From an uncultured Parolsenella sp. (GTDB lineage Bacteria > Actinomycetota > Coriobacteriia > Coriobacteriales > Atopobiaceae): a stretch of DNA of 64,000 bases. Positions 54,456 to 63,812 of the stretch are shown one piece after another (the stretch's first letter is position 1; the number at the start of each line of letters is the position of its first letter). Made by a program: the position numbers and the translations under genes. Below the pieces are notes generated by a model. It saw nothing but the letters and a program-made list of their open reading frames with translations, was not told where the DNA came from and ran no database searches. The DNA lies in NCBI RefSeq assembly GCF_934660935.1, contig NZ_CAKUIH010000005.1, positions 107,848-171,847 on the forward strand, given 5' to 3'.

Positions 54456-55405
54456 CGGGTCACCTCCAAATCGTCGCCAACCGTACCAAACGTCGCAAAG
54501 TCGTGGCCCGGCAGCGCATGCCACAGGGCACGCGAGAAGGGGTGCCTCAGCAGCTCCGGAGCCGAGAAGCTCCCCACGCCCGTCTCCTCCACGACCGTGC
54601 CATCCCGGAATACTGCCACGCGGTCCGCAACGCGCAGCGCAAGCTCGATGTCGTGCGTGATGAGCAGCACGCCGCCGCCCGCGTCCGCAAAGGCGCGCAG
54701 ATCGTCGAGGGCATGCACCGCAAGGTCAAGGTCGAGGCCTGGCGTGGGCTCGTCGGCGATGATGAGGCGCGGCTCCTCCATGAGCGCGCACATAAGCAGC
54801 ACGCGCCGCGCCATGCCGCCGGAGAGCTGGTGGGGATAGAGGCGCTCGACCTGTTCGCCGAGCCCATACGAGGCAAATAGCTCGCGTTGGCGGGCCAGCC
54901 TGCGCGCGGCGTCCGCCCTTCGCTCGGCACGCGAGGAGCCGCGAGACACGCCGCAGACCTGATCGCCCACGCGCATAAGCGGGTCGAGATTATCCACGCC
55001 CTGCGGCACGAGCGAGATCCCGTGCCCCCGCAGCCGCGCAAGCGACGCTGCGTCCTGCGCGGTGCCGTCAAACCAGATGGAGCCCGTCACCTCGGCGTTC
55101 GTCTCGTACTGACCCATGAGGGCGTCTGCGAGCACCGTCTTTCCCGAGCCGCTCGCCCCCACGACGGCCAGGAGCTCGCCCTCGTGCACGGAGAGCGTGA
55201 GGTCGTGCAGCACCTCGCCGCGACAGCGAGTGCCGGAGAAGTACGGGGCGGTTGGGTCGTAGTCATCGAACGCCACGCTCAGGTGCTCCACGGCGAGCAG
55301 GTGGTGCCCGCCGGCATGATACGAGGAGCCCGCATGGCTGTGATGGTGGTGCAGCTCGTCGGTCACGTGAGCCACGGCGTGGCCACCCGTCTGCAAAGCG
55401 TCCAT
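54452..55405 (-). CDS. ABC transporter ATP-binding protein (NikD/OppD-like) with His-rich N-terminal tail
   Basis: Walker A is GASGSGKT, the signature is LSGGMARR, and Walker B is IIADEPT. The N-terminus is MDALQTGGHAVAHVTDELHHHHSHAGSSYHAGGHH. Confidence 0.85.
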   Translation of the reverse strand: MDALQTGGHAVAHVTDELHHHHSHAGSSYHAGGHHLLAVEHLSVAFDDYDPTAPYFSGTRCRGEVLHDLTLSVHEGELLAVVGASGSGKTVLADALMGQYETNAEVTGSIWFDGTAQDAASLARLRGHGISLVPQGVDNLDPLMRVGDQVCGVSRGSSRAERRADAARRLARQRELFASYGLGEQVERLYPHQLSGGMARRVLLMCALMEEPRLIIADEPTPGLDLDLAVHALDDLRAFADAGGGVLLITHDIELALRVADRVAVFRDGTVVEETGVGSFSAPELLRHPFSRALWHALPGHDFATFGTVGDDLEVTR

Positions 55406-55414
55406 GAGCCTCCC

Positions 55415-56350
55415 CTATCTCTGCGACGAACGCGCCGACGCGAGGGCGCGCGCCAGCGAGCCCAAACATGCGAACGCGAGAACAACGACGAGCAGCGCCG
55501 CGCCGGGCAGCGCCGCGAGCCACCAGTACCCCGCGGAGAGGTACTGCATGGACTCCGAAAGAATCACGCCCACGGCAGGCTCGTCCGGCGAGAGGCCAAA
55601 CCCGAGGAACGTGATAGACGCCTCATGCAGGATCGCGTGCGGGAACATCAGAACGACACCCACGAGCAGCTGCGGGAGCGCCGCCGGCAGCACGTGGCCG
55701 CGCACGACTTGCCAGGGCGTGGCGCCCGCGGCGCACGCCGAGGCGAGCCAGGGCTGCTCGCGCAGCTGCACGATCTCTGCTCGCAGGACGCGCGCGAGGC
55801 TCGGCCAGTGCGTGAGGGCCACGCCAACCGTGACGCCCACGGCGCCGCGGCCAAGCGCATAACTCACGAGGATGAGGAGCACGATGTGCGGGATGCCCAT
55901 AACGAGGTCGACAAGCCACGACACGGCGGCGTCTGCCACCCTACCGCCGAGGGCCGCCACGCAGGCGAGCGCAAACGCGATGACGCCCGAGCACGCCGCC
56001 GCGAGCAGGCCCACGAATACCGAGGTGGAAAGGCCCGCAAGCGTACGGGCAAGCATGTCTCGGCCCATCCAGTCCGTACCAAAGGGATGCGCGGCGCACG
56101 GTGCGAGGTTCTTGGCCGTAAAGTCGCTCGCCACGGCGACGCCCGCAAGGCACCTGCCCGCGACCACGACGAGCGCGAGCAGTGCGCAGGCCCCCACGAG
56201 GCCGACGAGCATGAGGCGCCGATTACCCAGACGGCCCCGCTCGGGCGTGTGGAACACGGTGCGGGAGCCGTCCTCGCCATGGCGCCCATCCTCGTCGCGG
56301 GGCCCGGGGCACGCCACGCACGCCTGGGACGCGCTAACGACACTACCCAC
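55415..56350 (-). CDS. ABC transporter permease (NikC/DppC-like)
   Basis: An EAA-type loop region is present and the protein has 6 TM segments. The start is uncertain. GTG 56350 overlaps the upstream stop, and an internal ATG would begin inside TM1. Confidence 0.7.
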   Translation of the reverse strand: MGSVVSASQACVACPGPRDEDGRHGEDGSRTVFHTPERGRLGNRRLMLVGLVGACALLALVVVAGRCLAGVAVASDFTAKNLAPCAAHPFGTDWMGRDMLARTLAGLSTSVFVGLLAAACSGVIAFALACVAALGGRVADAAVSWLVDLVMGIPHIVLLILVSYALGRGAVGVTVGVALTHWPSLARVLRAEIVQLREQPWLASACAAGATPWQVVRGHVLPAALPQLLVGVVLMFPHAILHEASITFLGFGLSPDEPAVGVILSESMQYLSAGYWWLAALPGAALLVVVLAFACLGSLARALASARSSQR

Positions 56351-57398
56351 GAGACCTCGCCTCCTGCCCACGCACGCGCGGGTCGATGACGCCGTAGAGC
56401 ACGTCCGCAAGGGCGTTGCCCGCGAACACGACGAGCGCCGAGACGAGCGCGATGGCCACGAGCAGCGGCGCGTCCCCGCCGAGGCCAGCCGTGACAGCCG
56501 CCTGGCCAAGGCCGGGGTAGGAGAACACCTGCTCCACGAGCACCGAGCCGCCAAACACCTCGCTCACGCTCGACAGCTCGATCGTGAGCGCGGGCACGAC
56601 GAGATTTCTCAACCCATGACGGGCAAGCAGCGCGAGGCCAGACTCGCCTCGGCTGCGCGCAAAGCGCACGTAGTCACTCGCCATGACGTCAATCGTCTTC
56701 TCGCGTGTGTGCAGAGCGATGCCGGGCATGTTGGACACGGCAAGCACCAGGGCCGGAAGCACGAGGTGGTGGAGCCTGTCAGCCCAGCTCACCTGCGAGG
56801 CCGCCACGCCCACAGGCACCGAGAAGCCCAGCGGAAACCACCCGAGCCACACGCAGAAGACCATGAGGGCCAGAAGGCCCAGCCAGAAGGCCGGCGTGGA
56901 GGAGAGCAGGTAACACATGCCAAGGGCCACGCGGTCAAGGGCGCCGCCCTCTCGTGTCCCCATCGCGATCCCGAGCACAAGCCCACCGGCCCCGGCGAGC
57001 AGCCAGGCGGCGAGCATGAGCGCGGCCGAGCTCGCGAAACGTTCCCCCACGACCTCCGTCACGGGCCGAGCGAAGCGCAGGCTCTCCCCGAGGTCACCGC
57101 GAAGGGCGCCTGCCGCCCAGTGGGCATAGCGCTGCCATATGGGCGTCGAGGAACCCCAGTACTGCTCGAGCTCCTCGCGCTGCCCGACGCTCATGTGGGC
57201 GTAGGACGCCTGCCCCACGTTGGCCCTCACCGGGTCAACGGGCGAGGCCCCCACGAGCGCGAACGTCACGACGCCCGTGGCCACGAGCAGCGCCGCGAGG
57301 CGCAGCAGCGCCCTCGCCCATCTCGGCAGGGCCCTTGTCGGCCTCGCCCCCGTCGGGCCCGTCTCCGCAGACCCTCTTTCCAGCAGTCCCCTTCCCAT
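56343..57398 (-). CDS. ABC transporter permease (NikB/DppB-like)
   Basis: 351 aa with a typical DppB-type layout. The start is 4 nt after the binding-protein stop. Confidence 0.85.
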   Translation of the reverse strand: MGRGLLERGSAETGPTGARPTRALPRWARALLRLAALLVATGVVTFALVGASPVDPVRANVGQASYAHMSVGQREELEQYWGSSTPIWQRYAHWAAGALRGDLGESLRFARPVTEVVGERFASSAALMLAAWLLAGAGGLVLGIAMGTREGGALDRVALGMCYLLSSTPAFWLGLLALMVFCVWLGWFPLGFSVPVGVAASQVSWADRLHHLVLPALVLAVSNMPGIALHTREKTIDVMASDYVRFARSRGESGLALLARHGLRNLVVPALTIELSSVSEVFGGSVLVEQVFSYPGLGQAAVTAGLGGDAPLLVAIALVSALVVFAGNALADVLYGVIDPRVRGQEARSRG

Positions 57399-57401
57399 CG
57401 G

Positions 57402-59039
57402 CTACTGCCAGCTCCAACGGTCGACGTTGTTGAGCACGGACCAGCCGTGACCGTGGGGCTGTAGCTTCTGGCGGGCCACGGTGAGGCCGTCGCGCTTCCA
57501 GTACAGGTGGCTCACGTTGGCGAGCCACACCCACGTGGCGTCGCCGGCGGGCGCGATGCCGCCCACGCCATCCCACTCGGACTGCTGCCACAGCGGGTAG
57601 GACGCCTCGACGTCATCGGCGGCGAGCGCCTCGTCGAGATAGGCGTCCACGGTGGCGTCTGAGTAGCACGAGTAGTTCATCGTGCCCGAGCTGTGGCTGA
57701 GCTCGTAGACGTCAGAGGGCGAGTTGGAGCCCCAACCCCAGGTGATGGGGTCGCTGAACTCATGGGGGTAGAGGTCGTCCCAGCTGCCGCCGTGCGTGTT
57801 GACCTCGATGCCGATCTGGACCATCTGATTCGCGAAGGCGTTGGCCATGGACTGGCGCACCGAGTCGCTGGCGGGATAGTAGAGGTCAAGCGAGCAGCGC
57901 AAGTCCCCACGCGCATACACGCCGTCCTCGCCGAGCGCCCAGCCCGCACCCTCGAGCTGGGCCTTAGCGGCCTGGGGGTCATAGTCGCAACGCATGCCGT
58001 CGCTTGCCCACGGCATGCCGTCGCCGATGCTGTAAGCAACCTTGCCGTAGCCGCCCAGGACGTCATCCACGATCGCCTGGCGGTCGACGCCCAAGTTGAT
58101 GGCGCGGCGCACCTCGACGTTGCATGTCACGTCATTGCCCGCCGGGTAGGTGGCGTCACCATCGGCACGCTCGGAACCCGCCGGAATGACGGGCAGCTGG
58201 ATTCCGCGAGAGTCCACGGTGTCGTAGGCCTCGAGCGAGTAACCCTCAATCGTCTGGTCGGCGAGCGTGGCAGAGGTGTAGGCCATGTCGACCTGGCCGG
58301 CGCGCGCGGCAGCCAGGGCAGCGTCCTCGGCCATGAACACGACGACAACGCGCTCTATGTTGGGCTTCTCGCCGTAGTAACTCGGGTTGGCCTCAAGAAT
58401 GGCCTGCTGGCCGCGATCCCACTGCACAAGCCTGTAGCGCCCCGAGCCTATGGGGTTGGCGCCGTAGTCGGGGCCATAGGCGTGCTCGGGCACGATACCC
58501 ATGTTGGCAAGCGTGTATAGCAGCGTGTTGCAGGGCTTGGAGAGCGTGATGAGCGCCGTCGTATCGTCGGGCGCCGTGGCATCGGCGACCATGGAGAGGT
58601 CTGCCTGGGCGTTCTTGGAGCCGCGGATCGTGTTGATGGTGAACGCGACGTCCGCGGCCGTGAGCGCCTGGCCGTCCGAGAACGTGACGTCGTCGCGGAT
58701 CTTGAACGTCCAGGTGAGCTTGTCAGGCGAGCATGACCAGTCCGTCGCGAGGTCGTTGGTGAAGTTCATGTCCTCGTCGGTGACGATGAGGGTCGACTGG
58801 ATAAGGGGCTCGTGCACGTGCTCGCCGCAGCCCCAGTCGACGCAAGGGTCAAACCCGGCGTCCGGCTCGTTCTCGGCGCTCATCGCGATCGTGACCTGAT
58901 GGGTGGCGTCCACGTCCGAGGCGGTCGCGGCGTCCGCGCGCTCATCTCCGTTGCCGCAGCCTGCAAGACCGCACGCGGCAAGCGCCGCCGCTATGCCGCC
59001 GCCCACGAAGGCACGCCTCGTCACATTCGCACCGCTCAC
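57402..59039 (-). CDS. Family-5 ABC substrate-binding lipoprotein (nickel/peptide type)
   Basis: GTG 59039 lies 6 nt after GGAAGGAG. The Tat-like RRAFVGGG and the lipobox LAGCG are present. Confidence 0.85.
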   Translation of the reverse strand: MSGANVTRRAFVGGGIAAALAACGLAGCGNGDERADAATASDVDATHQVTIAMSAENEPDAGFDPCVDWGCGEHVHEPLIQSTLIVTDEDMNFTNDLATDWSCSPDKLTWTFKIRDDVTFSDGQALTAADVAFTINTIRGSKNAQADLSMVADATAPDDTTALITLSKPCNTLLYTLANMGIVPEHAYGPDYGANPIGSGRYRLVQWDRGQQAILEANPSYYGEKPNIERVVVVFMAEDAALAAARAGQVDMAYTSATLADQTIEGYSLEAYDTVDSRGIQLPVIPAGSERADGDATYPAGNDVTCNVEVRRAINLGVDRQAIVDDVLGGYGKVAYSIGDGMPWASDGMRCDYDPQAAKAQLEGAGWALGEDGVYARGDLRCSLDLYYPASDSVRQSMANAFANQMVQIGIEVNTHGGSWDDLYPHEFSDPITWGWGSNSPSDVYELSHSSGTMNYSCYSDATVDAYLDEALAADDVEASYPLWQQSEWDGVGGIAPAGDATWVWLANVSHLYWKRDGLTVARQKLQPHGHGWSVLNNVDRWSWQ

Positions 59040-59183
59040 TTGAAACTCCTTCCCCGCGCGCCACGACGGCGCGCACATGGAAATAAAAGGTCTGTCTTGT
59101 CGAACAGAAGAGTACTATCGTTCAATGGTATCCGAACGGATTGAACAGACTGTTCCGTAACTAGCATGCAGGAGGCATCGTCC

Positions 59184-59849
59184 ATGCAGTTCGATCTCGA
59201 CAAGGACATTCGCTACGGCCTCGCCTACTCCGGCGGCGTCGACTCGTGTTACCTGCTCGCGGAGCTCCTCCGCGAGGGCTACGACGTCAAGGCCTACACA
59301 ATCCTCGACGACCTTCAGATCACGCGAGACACCGACGACTCAGTGACCATCGCCAAGATGCTCGGCGCCGAGCAGGAAATCATCCCCATCAACATCTGGG
59401 ACGGCCACGAGGACCTGCGCGCCAACCCCTGGGACCGCTGCTACCGCTGCAAGTCCATGGTGTTCGGCACCATCCTCGAGCACATGCGTGCAGACGGCCG
59501 CACCGTCCTGCTCGACGGCACGAACGCAAGCGACCGCGAGGACCGCAGGCCGGGATTCCGCGCTATCCACGAGCTTGGCGTGCGCTCGCCGCTGCGCGAA
59601 GCCGGACTCACGAAGGACCAGGTGCGCGAGAACTCCGCCAAGCTGGGGCTGCCTACGGCCAACAAGCCAAGCTACGCCTGCTACGGCGCCTACTTCGACA
59701 GGGGCGAGGCCATCACGCCTGAGTCGCTGAAAAAGACGGTCGACAAGTTCATGGCCTCCCACCCGGACGCGGCAGACCGTGTGCGCACGGACGGCAACAT
59801 TGAGCCGAGCCCGGCCGAGGCCGCCGCGCTCGCCCGAGAGAAGGCGTAG
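59184..59849 (+). CDS. larE: LarE-type ATP-dependent sulfur transferase (nickel-pincer cofactor biosynthesis)
   Basis: ATG 59184 lies 8 nt after AGGAGG. The PP-loop is AYSGGVDS, with a conserved Cys region RCYRCK. It sits next to larB and larC. Confidence 0.8.
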   Translation: MQFDLDKDIRYGLAYSGGVDSCYLLAELLREGYDVKAYTILDDLQITRDTDDSVTIAKMLGAEQEIIPINIWDGHEDLRANPWDRCYRCKSMVFGTILEHMRADGRTVLLDGTNASDREDRRPGFRAIHELGVRSPLREAGLTKDQVRENSAKLGLPTANKPSYACYGAYFDRGEAITPESLKKTVDKFMASHPDAADRVRTDGNIEPSPAEAAALAREKA

Positions 59850-59854
59850 CGGAG

Positions 59855-60610
59855 ATGACAAAGGTGCCGGGGTCAACCGTCACACCCAAAGTGGCAGACA
59901 TCGGCTATGCGCAGCTCGACCTTACGCGTGGCGCCAGGTGCGGCGCGGGCGAGGTCATCTACGGCGAGGGTAAAACGGCCGAGCAGGTCGCCGGTATCGT
60001 GGACGCGCTCATCGCCGCAGGCCAGCGCCACGTGCTCGTCACGCGCCTGTCCGCCGAGAAGTTCGAGCGGGCCCGCGAGCTCATGGAGAGCGGCACGCCC
60101 CTCGAGTACCACGCCGACGCCCGCATCGCCATCGCGGGCGGCATGCCCGCGCAGAGCGGCAACGGCACCATCGTCGTGGCCTGCGCGGGCACGAGCGACC
60201 TGCCGGTGGCCGAAGAGGCCGCACTCACGGCCGAGTTTCTCGGCAACCGCGTCGAGCGCGTGCGCGACGTGGGCGTGGCGGGCCTGCACCGACTACTCGC
60301 CCATGCCGACCAGCTCGCCCGCGCGCAGGTCATCGTGGCCGTGGCCGGCATGGAGGGGGCGCTCGCGAGCGTCATCGGCGGACTCGTCTCATGTCCCGTC
60401 ATCGCCGTTCCCACGAGCGTGGGCTATGGCGCCAACCTCGGCGGCCTCTCCGCCCTGCTCTCGATGCTCAACTCATGCGCGAGCGGCGTAAGCGTTGTGA
60501 ACATCGACAACGGGTTCGGCGCCGGCTACCAAGCGAGCCTCATCAACCACCTGCCGGGGCGAGCCCCGGCACAGACCCACGACGCCCGCCCGGCGGACGC
60601 CCAGCGATAG
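59855..60610 (+). CDS. larB: LarB (pyridinium-3,5-biscarboxylic acid mononucleotide synthase, PurE-like)
   Basis: Motifs are AQLDLTRGARCGAGEVIYGEGKT, VACAGTSDLPVAEEA and AVAGMEGALASV. Confidence 0.85.
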   Translation: MTKVPGSTVTPKVADIGYAQLDLTRGARCGAGEVIYGEGKTAEQVAGIVDALIAAGQRHVLVTRLSAEKFERARELMESGTPLEYHADARIAIAGGMPAQSGNGTIVVACAGTSDLPVAEEAALTAEFLGNRVERVRDVGVAGLHRLLAHADQLARAQVIVAVAGMEGALASVIGGLVSCPVIAVPTSVGYGANLGGLSALLSMLNSCASGVSVVNIDNGFGAGYQASLINHLPGRAPAQTHDARPADAQR

Positions 60611-60617
60611 GAGCACC

Positions 60618-61988
60618 ATGGGCAAGACCCTCTACCTTGACTGCAGTTCTGGCATCAGCGGAGACATGACCGTCGCGGCGTTACTCGACCTCGGCGCGAG
60701 CGAGCAGCGTCTGCGCGAGGCGCTCTCCACGCTGCCCACCCACGGATTCGACGTGGCCGTAACCCGCGTGAGGAAAAGCGGGCTGGACGCCTGCGACTTT
60801 GACGTTCGCCTCGATGCCGCGCACGAGAACCATGACCATGACATGGCATGGCTCTACGGCCACCTCGACGCCAGCGATCACGAGCACGAGCACGCACACG
60901 AACACGAGCACGATCACGCACACGATCACGCGCACGAGCACTCGGCGGAGCACGATCACGCTCACCATCATCACCATCACGAGCACCGCTCGCTCGCGGA
61001 CGTCTGCGCGATCATTGACGCCTCGGCCATGAGCGAGCGCGCCAAGGAGCTCGCCCACGCCGTGTTCGGGAAGCTCGCCGAGGCCGAGGCGAAGGCGCAC
61101 GGCGCCACACCCGAGACCGTGATGTTTCACGAGGTGGGAGCCATCGACTCCATCGTCGACATCTGCTCGGTGGCCATCTGCCTCGACGACCTGGACGTCA
61201 CCGAGGTCATCGTGCCCTCGCTTGCCGAGGGGCACGGCACGATCCGCTGCGCCCACGGCATCATGCCCGTTCCCGTGCCCGCCGTGGTGAACCTGTGCCA
61301 GGCGGCCGGCATCGCCCTTGTGCCCGCGCCCGTCACCGGCGAGCTCGTGACGCCCACGGGTGCCGCCATCGTCGCCGCGCTGCGCACGGGCAACGCCCTT
61401 CCCGTGAGCTACGCCATCGAGCGCGTGGGCTACGGCGCAGGCAAGCGCGCCTACGAGAACTGCTCGGGCGTGCTGCGCGCCGTCCTCGTCGCATCCGCGG
61501 TCAGCGGCGACGCGGGCGACGGCGACCGCAGCACCGTCACGAAACTCGAGAGTGACCTCGACGACTGCACCGGCGAGGCGCTCGGCCGCGTCATCGAGCT
61601 GCTCATGGCTGCCGGCGCGCGCGAGGCGCACGCCATCCCGATCGTCATGAAGAAGGGGCGCCCGGGCCACCAGCTCGAGGTCATCTGCGATGGGGAGCTC
61701 GCGCCCGCGCTCGAGCGCATCATCTTCGAGAACACCACGACCATCGGCATCCGCTCCATGGACATGCGTCGCCATGCCCTTCCACGCACGCCCGACGGCA
61801 TCGAGACGCCCTATGGGCGCGTCGCCACAAAGCTCGTCGTGATGCCGGACGGCCACGTACGGGCCTACCCCGAGTACTCCTCGGTCGTCGAGGCGTGCGA
61901 GCGCACGGGTGCGTCGTTCCAGGACGTGTTCCGTGCCACGCAGGCGGCCACGGATACCGGGCATAGCGGCGACGCACGAGAGGCCTAG
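60618..61988 (+). CDS. larC: LarC (nickel insertion / NPN cyclometallase) with His-rich segment
   Basis: The N-terminus is MGKTLYLDCSSGISGDM. The His/Asp/Glu-rich stretch spans nt 60822-60986. Also present is FHEVGAIDSIVD. Confidence 0.9.
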   Translation: MGKTLYLDCSSGISGDMTVAALLDLGASEQRLREALSTLPTHGFDVAVTRVRKSGLDACDFDVRLDAAHENHDHDMAWLYGHLDASDHEHEHAHEHEHDHAHDHAHEHSAEHDHAHHHHHHEHRSLADVCAIIDASAMSERAKELAHAVFGKLAEAEAKAHGATPETVMFHEVGAIDSIVDICSVAICLDDLDVTEVIVPSLAEGHGTIRCAHGIMPVPVPAVVNLCQAAGIALVPAPVTGELVTPTGAAIVAALRTGNALPVSYAIERVGYGAGKRAYENCSGVLRAVLVASAVSGDAGDGDRSTVTKLESDLDDCTGEALGRVIELLMAAGAREAHAIPIVMKKGRPGHQLEVICDGELAPALERIIFENTTTIGIRSMDMRRHALPRTPDGIETPYGRVATKLVVMPDGHVRAYPEYSSVVEACERTGASFQDVFRATQAATDTGHSGDAREA

Positions 61989-61990
61989 AG

Positions 61991-62548
61991 ATGGACAAGA
62001 GACGCCAGCGCACCCGCGAGGCCATAGAGACCGCATTCGTCGAGCTCATCGACGAGCGGGGCTATGCGAAGACCACGGTCCAGGACATCCTCGAGCGCTC
62101 CGGCGTGGGGCGCGCCACGTTCTACGCGCAGTTCCACAGCAAAGACGACCTGCTCGAAGCCCAGGTCTGCGCCCTGTGCGACCACGCGCTCGACATGGGC
62201 GCGGCAACGCCCGTCTCGCCGCTCGTCCAGACCGAGCGTGTGCTGGAGAACCTCCTCGACCGCAGGGGCGGGCTGCATGCCCTCATCGTCGACGAGGGCT
62301 CCGAGCGTTTCGCAGACTGTCTGCGCCACGCCATCGTCACCCGCGCGGACGCCGCCGTCCCCGCCTGCCCCAGGGGCGCGGCAGCACGCATGAACCGCTC
62401 GTTTTTGCTGCACCACATAGCCGCGAGCTTCGTGGGCATGGTGCGCTGGTGGGCATGGAACGACTTTGCCGCCACGCCGCGCGACCTCGCAACCGACTAT
62501 CTCAATGCAATCCTCCCGCTGTTTGGCGAGAGTGCGCCCACGGAGTAA
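61991..62548 (+). CDS. TetR/AcrR-family transcriptional regulator
   Basis: The HTH region is TTVQDILERSGVGRATFYAQFHSKDDLL. Confidence 0.85.
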   Translation: MDKRRQRTREAIETAFVELIDERGYAKTTVQDILERSGVGRATFYAQFHSKDDLLEAQVCALCDHALDMGAATPVSPLVQTERVLENLLDRRGGLHALIVDEGSERFADCLRHAIVTRADAAVPACPRGAAARMNRSFLLHHIAASFVGMVRWWAWNDFAATPRDLATDYLNAILPLFGESAPTE

Positions 62549-62621
62549 AACTGTCCCAGGCATCGAGCCGGACGCGCCCGCAACGCAAGCTCGCAAGCGG
62601 CTCGGACAAAAGGAGCACACG

Positions 62622-63650
62622 ATGAGCTATCCCGTCTTTGACATGCACTGCGACACGGCAGACCGCCTGACCTGGCAGTTCCTCCCGGATGACATCAAGC
62701 AGACATGCGGCATGGACTTCTATGGATCTGGAGACGCAGACGACCCATCCGCGTGTCGAGACCTCGCGAGCAGCCACTGCCACATCTCGCTTGACAAAAT
62801 CGGCGACACGCCGTGGGCGCAGTGCTTTGCCTGCTATGTGCCCGATGCCCTCTCGCCCGAGCAGGCCACGGGCTTTCACGGGAGCGTAATGTCCCACCTC
62901 GCGCACGAGGTCGAGCGCAACGCCGGGCACGTCACCCCCGTGGCATCGGCATCTCAGCTCCGCGGCGTGCTCGAGGGCGGCGGTGAGCCACACGTGGCGG
63001 CCGTTCACACAATCGAGAACGCCCGCATGTTTGCCGCGGACCTCGGGCTCATCGAGCTCTATGCCGCAGACGGCCTCCTCATGGCCTCGCTGACATGGAA
63101 CGCCGCAGGCCCCCTCGCAAGCGGCAACGACACCCACGAGGGTCTCACCGCGCTCGGACGCGAAGCGCTTGCCGAGATGGGCCGCCATAACATCGCCGTG
63201 GACGTCTCCCACTTGAATGACGAGTCCTTCGCAGACGTCGCCCGCGCGACCGACGAGCCGCTCGTCGCGAGCCACTCAAACTCCCGCGCCGTCTGCAACC
63301 ACCCGCGCAACCTCACAGACGCCGAGTTTGCCGAGATTTGCGCCCGCGGTGGCGTCGTTGGCCTCAACTACTGCAGTTATTTCCTCTCTGAGGGCGCAAA
63401 GGGCGAGACGGGCAAGTCCGTCACGTTCGATCAGGTCGCCGCCCACATCGAGCACTGGCTCGACCTTGGCGGAGAGAACGCCATCGCACTCGGCGGAGAT
63501 CTCGACGGCGCGGATGTCCCAGACCTGCTCGACGGCGCAGACAAAATGCCCGTTTTCCAGGGCCTGCTCGAAAGGCGCTTCGGCGAGGACGTCACCGCGA
63601 AGCTCTGCTACGAAAACGCCCTCAACTTCTTCGAGCGCTACCACGGTTAG
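62622..63650 (+). CDS. M19-family (renal-dipeptidase-like) metallodipeptidase
   Basis: ATG 62622 follows AAAGGAG. Motifs are FDMHCDT, DVSHLND, ASHSNSRA and GGDLDG. Confidence 0.85.
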   Translation: MSYPVFDMHCDTADRLTWQFLPDDIKQTCGMDFYGSGDADDPSACRDLASSHCHISLDKIGDTPWAQCFACYVPDALSPEQATGFHGSVMSHLAHEVERNAGHVTPVASASQLRGVLEGGGEPHVAAVHTIENARMFAADLGLIELYAADGLLMASLTWNAAGPLASGNDTHEGLTALGREALAEMGRHNIAVDVSHLNDESFADVARATDEPLVASHSNSRAVCNHPRNLTDAEFAEICARGGVVGLNYCSYFLSEGAKGETGKSVTFDQVAAHIEHWLDLGGENAIALGGDLDGADVPDLLDGADKMPVFQGLLERRFGEDVTAKLCYENALNFFERYHG

Positions 63651-63812
63651 GCGCCGTCCGTGGCCGCCGGCGGGCCACCTCGGCCAAAACGCTGCGGACG
63701 CCCCGTGCGTCGGCCCGTGCCGGCCCGCGCCCCGCCGAACAATTGCCGTACCCTGCTATCATCTTCTCTCGGAATGGGCGCTCGCTCGAGCGAGCTCAAT
63801 AAGGGAGAGAAC

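Noticed and set aside
54887-57464. 500-aa and 530-aa plus-strand ORFs antisense to the ABC ATPase/permease genes
   Set aside because: They are extremely R/H/E-rich with no transmembrane or enzymatic motifs. The minus strand encodes a coherent five-gene transporter.
63651-63812. T-box leader upstream of asnS
   Set aside because: The spacer is only ~160 nt. It contains a short palindrome (gctcgctcgagcgagc) but no recognisable specifier loop or T-box sequence. It is too short for a canonical T-box.
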